Assembly: GCA_964035545.1 (NCBI GenBank)
Contig: OZ037766.1
Coordinates: 26,626,343 to 26,690,342, forward strand
Source: Bugula neritina
Lineage: Eukaryota > Animalia > Bryozoa
DNA length: 64,000 nucleotides
Reading direction: 5' to 3'
The notes under the pieces are model-generated. The model was not told where the DNA came from. It worked only from the letters and a program-made list of their open reading frames with translations, and made no database searches. Numbering within the stretch: position 1 is the first letter of the stretch; each line of letters begins with the position of its first letter. Shown in pieces: positions 48,690 to 59,666 of this stretch. The position numbers and the translations under genes are program-made.

Positions 48690-51600
48690 ATGGCAGCATA
48701 CCGTCTCTGTGCCAATAAAACCCTTGACATAGAAAGTTTCCAGCAAACTAACGCCAAAGCTTTGGATAATGGTAAGCATAAAATTAAATAAGCATAAATA
48801 AGCCTGTATAATCATACCCTATTATATCAAGTGGTAACTCTAATTGTTTTGGATTCTTCTCTATTATTATAAAACTATATACTTCATCTCGTTAATAAAA
48901 TAATAGTTGTCTTATTATAATACATTCAAATATAATATTTGCTTAAAAAAGACAGTATACTTGCAAACATAGAAATGATAAGTTTTAAATGTGTTCCACT
49001 ATAAAACATTAGTGGTATACTGCAGTGCATAATGTGTAACTCTAGTTGCTGAGAAAGAAACTACTTAAAGCTGAATCACTAAACAATAAACCATGTAGCA
49101 GCATGTCAACACTTTTATTTGCCAATGACTTCTATTTGCAGGAATACTTATGGTCTATTCTTATAACCTCCAATTTGCATTTGATGTTTTCCGAGCTCAA
49201 TATTACTGTCACAAAGTCATAGCTGTTGTGAGTATACCATAATTCTACTCAAAGAGATTGTAATAAATTTATAATTTGAACAGTTTCTAGGTCAGAAGGA
49301 TAGAGATGGGACAGTCTTATATTGTAGAAAAGTTGTATATTTAATGTTTTAGGACACAGAATTTACTATTAGAAATGGTGCTTATGACACAAGATGTGTA
49401 GCCTCAGAACCAGAGAAGTTGTTCTCTTACCATGCTCATAACATCATGCACGATGACTTGCTACAGATTGGCTTCACGCTAACAGATGAGGATGGGAATC
49501 TGGCACCTGGTGTGCACACGTTCCAGTTCAACATGCATTATGACACTAGCAAGTGAGTAGTTGGGAACAGCTGTGAGTAATTGGGATGAGGGAGATGGAG
49601 GGTCTTAGAACAAAGGCTAAATAATATTCAATAAAAACTCTCAGCTTATACAAAGTGTAACTTTTCATTTCAAGTACAGGTTGTCATCAACGCCTAATTT
49701 AGGTTGAAAGTGAACTATAGTTTTGAGGCTCTACTTATTGTAAACAACTGCAGATAATGTTGTCATATATAAAACACTGTCAGCCCTACAGTTGATGCAG
49801 GTTAATCTTTTTAATATAATACAACCTATAAATTATTATATATAAGTTAATACACTCTGTAGAAGTCTAACATATTGTTTTGTAGAGCATCTGATGTTAA
49901 GGCAGACAATATGTTCTTCCTATTGAACACGCCAAAGATCAACTTTCTAGCATTAGAAATTTGTGGCATAAAACAAGAAAAGTTTCTGAAAGAAATGCTG
50001 GCATCTGAAATATTTGCGAATAAAAAGCTAACATTAGTCACATTTGCCGGGTAATTATCATGAATACTTTACCTTGTTGAGGTATTCAAAGAATTTTCAT
50101 ATTTTTCTTTGTAATTGTTTTCTTTTTATTATTCTTTAATTTTTTTATTCAAGTTAATTTTCAACAAATGCAAGAATCAAGCATATTTACTTGCCAACTG
50201 GTTTAATGCATGAAGAGTAATGCACCCATTACTATAATAATTCCAATTTGGTTTGTTTACTAGATAAATAAGTCGATTATTTGGTTTATTAAAATTCAAC
50301 TGATGTCATAAAAGGAAGTTGGAGTTACATTTAAGCATTATTACAATGTCTACCACTGTTATATACAATATTATATAATATATATTTAAAATTGAAACAG
50401 TAAGAAATAGTTGTAACTTGAAACTAAGGTATTATCCTTCGTGATACAGCAACAACGAATGATATCGTATTGCATTAAACTTATTCTAGAGTGATGGATT
50501 ATTACTTCTTAATACAAATGTTGGCAACCAATAAAGATGAACCACTGTGTAAGGAGAGACAAATGTTTCTTAAGGTAATGCATGCCTACTTCCCCAACAA
50601 CTATGACGTACAATGCATGATCGGAAACGAAGAAAGATCTGTTGGAGCTAACAGTCTCACCAAACTGGCTGCATTCCATAAGGTTATTATTTTTACTACG
50701 CTTTATCAAATTAATAATGTTTCAATGTTGTATTTAAACAGATTAATCCTTTGTATGTAAGTTTTCTGTAGTATAATTTTGTCAAGTTAAAGGTATATAT
50801 CCTTATTGAAGTTTTTCAATAGTGTGCTTGTGTTGGGCTATAGACCATATACTTGCTTTATAGCAATATTTAAACATTTAAACGTTTAAAATATTTTCAA
50901 CAAAAGTAAGTTTAAAATTACCGGTACCTCATTGGCTGCCTATCGTAGAGCACATAAACTATCTTACTCTTATTCTATTCTGTCAGTATAACAAAAACTT
51001 TGAATTCTCATAAACAAGCAACATTAAATTGATTACAACTCCAATAACTCTAATAGAATTTTAGTAGAATTATTTCCTAGGCTTCAACAGTTTGCCTCTA
51101 TATTCCAGTGCACAGTAAAAGGAAGAATGCAACACCAAGCTGGTTCAGATGCCTACCAAACCAGTGTACTATTTCACGATATCAAAAAGGTTAGTTTGTT
51201 TATTTTCAATTTGTGCAGGTAAACATGCATATAAAGAAAAACTTTTAAATTGCATAAACTGTGTATGCATGCGAAATATGCTGTTGTTTAAACTGACTCA
51301 TTTGCCTATTTTCATCACTAAGACTAACAGAGAACACATGTTTTGCAAGTATAGCTATATTAACAGTGTTTGCTGTAAAATAAATGCTTCAATAAATACA
51401 TATGCAATCATATAATATACATTAATATAATATATAATAATATATATATATGTAATCATATAATATACATTAATATAATATATAATAATATATAATCACA
51501 ATATTTTAGAAACAAAGTGAAGATTTTGAGACTGATTATCACGGACAAATATACGGAGTTGGTAACACCAACAAGCCTGCAGAGTCCCCTAAGTACTATT

Positions 51601-51898
51601 TCAAGGACAGCAGGTAATTGTTACATCACTTAGTCGTCCTGTCTTTGGTAGGAAACTCAGCTGAAATGTATGTAACTAGGAGTTGTCTGTACTTAAATAA
51701 AATCATTGTAAGTTAAGGGATGAACTGCAATTTGAGAAGAATGCTTGATTTATACCTGCATTGTAGTATATTATATTTTATTGTATTAGATTGTGTAAAC
51801 TATATGTTATAATATATTATTAATACAGACCAACTCAAAGAGCTTGGACTAAAGAAGACGCAGAAATGGCAACCAAACTCAATCTGGAACAGCCATAA
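48690..51898 (+). CDS. Divergent CAF1/POP2 (CNOT7/8)-family DEDDh deadenylase paralog, 8 exons
   Basis: Exons ~48690-48771, 49142-49227, 49353-49552, 49886-50050, 50489-50682, 51108-51189, 51510-51613, 51829-51898. IAVDTEF, LLQIGFTLTDEDGN..PGVHTFQFN, FAGVMDY, YFPNNYDV, QHQAGSDA, GQIYGVG. No stops or frameshifts found. Confidence 0.88.
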
Positions 51899-54800
51899 GT
51901 TGGCTGACCAAAAACACAGTAAAGAAACTAAAGAAGAACCAATTAAGTAAACAACTCTAATACGCAGAAGGCATGCTATTTAGTTTATTGAAAGTTTAAC
52001 AATGAAGATGTTGATATAAAAATACAAGCAAGGAAATCAAGTACCAACTAAAACACCGTTCTTTATTTTTCTTGCACAAAATTAGCAACAAATGCACGCA
52101 TCATGGTCATTAATGCATTATTTAGAACAACAAAAATTAATAAAGCCTAATGGATTTAGAATAATAATATTATGATGATCTTAGAAAAATATTAATAATA
52201 TATTTACAAAGTTTATCATAAAGCCTATTTTAGCCTAACATTTCTCTAATTTGTGCTGCTGTGCAAAATATTAGACTTCAAGGATGTACTGAAGCTGCAA
52301 CTCTGTAAAAGCTTAAGAAGAATGTGAAACTCTTTAAGAAGCTGCTAAATTTAAACTAAATGACACCATTTCTAGAAGTGCACAGATATACATTTCATTG
52401 ATATCTTAATATGCTATGCTATATGCAAACTAAGTTACTGCACTGTATCAATAGACGCATTTTTTAAAATGCATGTAATAATTATACTCAATGTACATCA
52501 AAAGTAGTGTGAATCAAATCACTGCAGAGATAATAAGATAAAATGATATAGCTGCTTCCTTCTTTATCTTTCTGTCAGAATTGGCTCATATTACATAACT
52601 AACTTCAGCTGAGTAATATCAAATTGTCACTGTGATCATGTAATACCAAACTCATATATCATATAAAGAGATCAATGAAATTGACGTGTGGAAAAGCCAT
52701 AGGGTAATGCTACTTTTAATGCATTTCATATATTTGGCGGGAGTGAAAGTTAATTGCTGAGTTGCCATTATTTTGTGAAGAATGTATAGTGACACAATTA
52801 ACATGCAGTAATAGATATAGAAAAGTCACAAATATTAAAACTTCATCAGTTTTTTCACCCTTTGATACAACAGCATACCAATTTTTATTTAATATTCGCT
52901 CTAAATTTTTTTTTTTTCTCTGGAAGAAAACTGCTATATTTACTAAGTCTATTTATTATATTAAAAATACTTGTTGGCCAATGCTGGGTGGTAAATCTTA
53001 AACTTATTGTATGACTAATATTTTAAGTATATTTACTATTGCAGTTCAAAATACACAAACACAGTGTAAGACATAGTTAAGATGGTGAATATAAAGGGGG
53101 TGGGGCTCAAAATGCTATTTTTAATCGAAAAAATAATATTGATTTAATGTGACCTTTATCATAGCATCACAGCAATTTAGCTGCAATATACCAGCGGTCA
53201 AAACATTAGACAGTCAAATGGTCTACTTTTTTTAACTTCGCATTTCATATAACATCAGTTAACTTCAAGACCTGTCTGTAAAATTTATAAGTAGCTATAA
53301 AATTATGATGTGCAATTTTTTCGGCGAATATAATCATAACATTCTGTACAGCCAACTATGTTATGAGTTATATAAGCAGAGAAACGTTTTCTTGTGTGAA
53401 ACTTCTGGTGACAATGAAAGTGCATTGTAGATTCTTTTTTGTCTAGAAGACTCTAAAACTTTTTTGATTGAGTAGATTTAATTTGACAAGGAGGATAAAT
53501 CTTATCTCTGGCATAATTCCATGATGTCTACAACCCTGTTAAAAAAGCACAGCTTTCAGGTAAAACCTGGATAGCTATAAAAATGCAAAGCTATTATTTG
53601 AGAAAGCTATAAACTGAACAGTGAATGATCCAAAGCATAAACATTTGGTCTCGTGTTTTAAAGATCATTAGGTTTTATAGATATTTTACTGTAGATAATA
53701 TAGATGTAAGCATGTACAATCAGTTTAATTCGTACAACCAGAACAGCTTCTTTTCTTCGCCTCAAAATTACAGGCCTTTTCATGGTGAGTTAGTTATATG
53801 CATCAATTTGTTTGTCATTTGTGGTAATATATAAAAAAAATTCTGTAATTTTGCAAACAATTTCGAAAGTAAGGAGGATTTTGAAACTATTGATCATATG
53901 TAATATTAGAGTTATCTTTCCTATGTATAAAAAAAGTGGCGTTGTTCATATGAGAAATAAGATTAATATCGTCGCTGTGCCATCAAGTTCTGATCAAATG
54001 GAAAAATACCATAAAATGTTATAAGGTTAAATATAATATAATATAATAATAATTGCACGTTGAATTAAAAATGTTGGTATTTATAACTACTAAACTGTCG
54101 TTATGCATTTTATTGGTCTTAGTTTTATAATTATTGTTAAATTATTATTATAAGTCGAACATCAACTTAGTTTTACTTGAACATGAAGTTAAACTTAATC
54201 ATAAATCATAATGATAATGTATAGAACTAGAAGTATCACAGTAAATGTAACACTAACACTAAGACTAAGTGTAACACTAACAGTAACTCACCAATAGTAA
54301 CACTAATAATCACACGCACAGTATGAGTATTAGTATGAGTAAGTGTAACTGTAAGTGATAGTGATACTGATAGTTAAAGATAGTTTTAGATTGATTGATT
54401 GATGGCTGATAAGTGATAACTGATAAGTGATAGTGGTAGCTCATCATCATGCCTCATACTCATAGAGTCATTGTGATAATCATTCTGGTGGTGACACTTG
54501 ATCAACAATGTCAATGTGAATATATCAATTATCTTAAAATAGGTAGCTAATATTAATAATAGTAAATTTTATATTATTTCGTAGCATTATGACCAAACTA
54601 AAACAATATAAAATAACTAGCTAATTTAAATTATGTTATTTTATAATATAAAACTAAAACAATCCTTCATCCTCATCTTGGGTTTGTAGTTTTAAATTTG
54701 CGTTTTCATTCAGACCTTCCTCTAATTCTAATACTCGCACTGTGTTGAGACTGAGTCTAATACTAGTGATAGTATTACTATTTACTACTAGTGTTTACCT

Positions 54801-55555
54801 TTTATAATTATATTTTAGGATTGTGTTTATTTGTCAACAATAACTGTGTTATTGCTGAATAGCACTATAAATGAGTAATATTTATATTGACCTTATAAGT
54901 ATTTAATTATTACTATGAGTATGACCATCATTATCATAATGGTCATTACTAATTGGTTATTTAATAAGCTATTTTTATAATGCACTAGGCTCAGTATTAT
55001 AACCATGTGTTTACTATTTTGATCCAAAATGAATGATTTGATGCATCACTTACTTATACTTTAGCTTTAAGTTATTTTATTATTAGGAATAATAATATAA
55101 GTAATTATCATTAGAGTTGTAACTTTGACTTTATTAGCTGTTAGTTTAACATTACTATATCAATGTTTTTCTTATTAATACTCAGTAGTCCTAATGAAAT
55201 AAATATGACAAGCATCAGTTTAAAGTTGAAGTATCTATATTCATATCTCATATAAATATAGATAAAATATTGTCTTATATGGTTGAAACTTTGAGGCTAA
55301 TTTTGTGGGCTAGATTGTTGTCCACTTACATAAACATTTGTGTGAATATTGTTGAAAGGAATTAGATCCAGATCAAACAATAACCCTCTTAGCAGCCGAG
55401 AAGCAACGTCACCTCCACCTCTGCTGGTATACTCTCCCATATCATATCCACCAGCTTCACCTAGCCCTTTTTCCTCCGAACCTCCACCTCAGTTTTTACC
55501 TTTGTCTGGGCATAGGCCATTTAATCATCCAGTTCCCTGGGGAGTTGCTCAAGCC

Positions 55556-58501
55556 ATGGTCCAGAATATATCACAGCCAGCTGACCAGAATCTTGTGTAT
55601 GGTATGTATGATTCCCAGCAAACAGTTATTGTGTAAGATACAGTAATAGGTTATGATTTACAATATAACTACTTGAATTCAAATATCCAATCTAACTTGT
55701 TTCGGATGTGTTAACTAAGATGGAATCTAATTTAGTGCCGTTGCTTACAACCTTAATGTGAAATCATATTCGTAGGCATTCAAGATGTGTGGAAAGGAAA
55801 CCTGGAGCAAGAATTTAAAGTTATTAGACATTTAGTTGCAAAGTATCCGTACATTGCAATGGTGAGTAATGTTAAAGTATTCTGTTGAAGACCTGCTATA
55901 ATTGTACTGTGTATATATTCTCAGCCACTTCCTCCTTTAGTTAGTGAAATATTGTTTAGTGAAATTGTGACCAGTTCAATCATTGGCAATCATTTTAGCC
56001 TGCAGTATCTATATAATTATGTTCTTGACTTTGTACTGTTTCCAGTGTCTTGGAATCAAATCTATTACAAGCCTGTAGATAAATGTAACTCTAGCTAGAG
56101 ATGGCGAGTCTCAATAAACCCTTATGCACTTGTTATGTCAACTCAATGTATATAGTCAGTTTACCTGTACAATGGTGTTCAGCACATCTAGCCTTGACCT
56201 TCTGTACCTGAGTCCCAAAGGCATTTTTTGCAGGACACAGAGTTCCCGGGTATAGTTGCGAGACCCATTGGTGAGTTTAGAACTCAGACAGAGTACCAGT
56301 ACCAGATGGTGAAAGTGAATGTAGACCAGCTAAAGATCATTCAGATTGGCTTTACATTCATGGACAGCGAAGGCAATCTTCCGCCAGGCACATCCACTTG
56401 GCAGTTTAATTTTCAGTTCAACTTGACGTACGTTGTTAGGTTATATTATGTAGTTTACCGTTAAGTTTTGTTGTGTGGTTTATACTACTATTTTGAGCTG
56501 CAAATGTTTTTAATGTTATTATATTGAAAGTGTAGCTTGTTTTGATCATACTAATTTGGAATGCCACAAATTATTGTTACGTTTGTAGAAATATCATTAT
56601 TGTCTCGAAATTTGGGAATTGTCTTTTCTTTTTCCTTTGTTGCTGGCAGTATTTGCTATTTACAGTGATGACTCATATGCCACAGACTCTATCGACTTGC
56701 TGAATAAATCAGGCATACAGTTTGCGAGGCACAAGGAGGAAGGTATCGGTATGAATGCTTTCGCCGAACTTCTCACAACTTCCGGCATTGTCCTGAATCC
56801 CGATGTCAAGTTCATATCTTTCCACAGGTGAGAGTTTCTGCTTCTACTCAACTCACGTGGGTTTATAGCTACTATTCCTGTGAGAAGCCCTGGTGGTTCT
56901 CACAGGTTGAGGACTGGTTTTCTATTGTGGCAAAGGTGCAATAATGACTGAATGCCCTTCCTAACATCACCAATGGCTTTTACCAAACCACTGCTGCCCT
57001 GTTTCTACTAAATCATGTCATTTCTTCTGCATTGACCAGCTAAAAAAGCTGCTACATCTAAATGGTTTTCTAAATAGTAATTCCAGCCGTGTCAGTTAAC
57101 ATAAATTACTTCGAGATAAAAAACTAACGATTGTGTCGATGGTAAATTTCCCAGAATGCATTGCGCTTCTCTTAACTGATGTCGTGTTATTTTAACCTGC
57201 AGTGGCTACGACTTTGGCTATTTGCTAAAAGTGCTGACCAACGATTTGCTGCCGACTACGGAGAGTGAGTTCTTTGAGCTCGTCCGAATATATTTCCCTA
57301 AGCTCTACGACGTCAAGTATTTGATGAAGAGTTGTAAAAATCTTCACGGAGGCTTACAGGATATTTCGGATGTGCTAGAGGTCTGTCTGCATATTTTCTG
57401 TGATTAGCAAGAGTCATCTTGTTTGTAGAAAGTAGTGTCACTCAAAGTCCATGGCTTCTCTTTGTTTCTATTGAATTACAAAGTCAGCACCCTGAAAACC
57501 GATTCACATTTTATTAGGAGAAAGTTTAATTCCATAACTATAAATGCTTATATTTTAGTATCTACTGTATTTCCAAGGCTACCATGTCTTGTTGCAATGT
57601 AATACTCAAGTAACTGAATACTTCTAGTACCTTGCTGGCCCATGTGCTTGCTTGGATCTCTATCTAGTTATCTCTCTTGATAGTTATTATCCCCCTGATA
57701 TTTATCTCTCTTGATGTTTATCACTTGCGCTGATGAATGTGCCACAAGTCATTTTTAGTCAAAATAATTTTAATCAAAACCTATGGAAGCAGTGGACTGT
57801 TTCATGCTTTCTACTAGTTTCTCTTGACAATCACCGTGTTTTACTCTTTCATCAGCTGAAGAGAGTCGGACCACAGCATCAGGCAGGAAGTGATGCAAGA
57901 CTCACCGGACAGGCTTTCTTCACGATGCGACACGTAAGTCACTACCCCCATGCGATGTCTGGTGTGATGAGTCAGATACCAAGGCAGCTGTTGTGATTCA
58001 AAGAGCAGCTTCTAAAACATATTGTCTTTAATCTCATTTATTCTAACACTGCAGTGTTGAAAAGCTGATAAGATGTGGTAGTTTTGTGTTCAGTCTGGCA
58101 TAGTATAAAATATGCACCAACAGCTCAATGATTAATCAATTTTCTAATTCCTAAAGCAAATTTTGTTATTATTTTAATCATTGTATTACCAACTAGTAAA
58201 GTTGTTGTGTTGACCAGAGCAATTCAACAATGTTACGAAGGAAGCTTTTAAAAGGCACACGAGACATCGTCTACACATCATCCTCAGTCCTTGCTGTAGA
58301 AATATATATACATTGTAGATGTATTTTGAGGACCACATAGACGATACTAAATACTGTGGTCAGTTGTATGGAATGGGGGCCACCCTCGGTACACAGTTTA
58401 GCAGTGGATCTCAGTCTAACTACAGAGGCGGGACACCCCAACCTGTGCAGTCATCTAATAGTAGAAATGAGCTAAGCAGTGTTGGTCAATCAGATAACTA
58501 G
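55556..58501 (+). CDS. CNOT7: CCR4-NOT subunit 7/8 (CAF1) deadenylase, canonical copy
   Basis: GCCATGG start at 55556. Exons ~55556-55601, 55777-55861, 56233-56427, 56665-56827, 57203-57380, 57856-57933, 58319-58501. IAMDTEFPGIVARPIGEF, TWQFNF, SFHSGYDFGYL, YDVKYLMKSCKNL.GGLQ, GPQHQAGSD, FEDHIDD..YCG.LYG. Possible upstream in-frame extension (see findings). Confidence 0.96.
56925..57000 (-). mobile_element. Internally deleted SINE copy 3
   Basis: Minus strand GGTGATGTTAGGAAGGGCATTCAGTCAT...TGCCACA matches the core of the other two copies. Confidence 0.65.
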
Positions 58502-59666
58502 CCAGAGAGAATTGCTGTTGGTAAAGCACTTGCAGGTTTCTACTCTTACTTGTACAAACTCTTCTCAATTGACTCTCCTAACCACTTTAACTCTTGCAAT
58601 GAACCAACATGTAGACTGTAGAGTTTTTTGCTTTAATATCATGTAAAAATAGAATAGCTTAATTGATACCAATAAGTTTGATATCTTCTAACAACACCTA
58701 CCGTCTGGATTTTGGCAAACTCTGTATTTTGGACATTGTTTTAGTGTTTATACACTTTATAGTACTACCTACACACATACAATAGATGTGAGCAATTAAT
58801 TATATTATAGTTATCTCCCTCCCCCTTGTATATTCTGTAATATGTCGATGTATACATTAAATATATATTTCCTTATGCCGATCCTATGTGGTTGATACAA
58901 GTAGCATAATTCATGCATCTTTATGGAAGATGCAAATAAGTCCAATTTTTTCTTACCAAGCTTGTCCTAAGTAACACTTGTCTTTTTTCAGAAAAATTCA
59001 CTTATAGTTTGAAATATCATGTTAAATTAAAAAATCAACTTGTTTGAGATAATGCACTAAGATGATCTGTTCTATTCGGGGTAAGTAGGAAATTAGCAAA
59101 ATATTGCAAGTAAATCCAGTTTTATTTATAAAATGAAATATTTATAACCATGTAAGACAGAATAAGAACTTATATGAAATAATGCAACGCTGTATTTTGG
59201 TCAGCAATTTCTACAAATGTGGGACAGTTTTATATAACATAGCCTATGTACATGATTTTCTAAGAAAAAATGATATACAACAGTGAGCATAAATGAAAAT
59301 CAATAAAACAAAGAGTATACATGTTATTGCTGACAGTTGCAGCTAGGATCTTTGGTATCATATTACTATGCAACTGGTCAAATAATAGTCAAATAAAACA
59401 GCACGGAGGTCATGCACTATAAGAAGTAATTAGAGTATATCAATATAAAAAACTAAAACCTACATAATGTTCTGAATTGAGCACCAAGTTTCTTATGAAA
59501 TAGAAATTCCAACGCATAACACAAAATAAATACTGTAACTATACAAAATAATACAGTTCTGCACATTTGGCATGAACACCGTATATATAAATTAGCATAT
59601 ATGTGTAATTAAATTACTTAATTCTTAATTAAAAATGTAGTTCGTTAAACTTATGGAATAATAACT

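Noticed and set aside
53090-53420. MITE-like segments (also ~4750-4960, ~11580-11830, ~30050-30310)
   Set aside because: Composition suggests old non-autonomous DNA transposons, but no TIR pair, TSD or second copy could be shown within the window.
57960-58075. Box C/D snoRNA in a CNOT7 intron (GTGATGA...CTGA)
   Set aside because: Weak terminal stem and no recognisable rRNA or snRNA complementarity.
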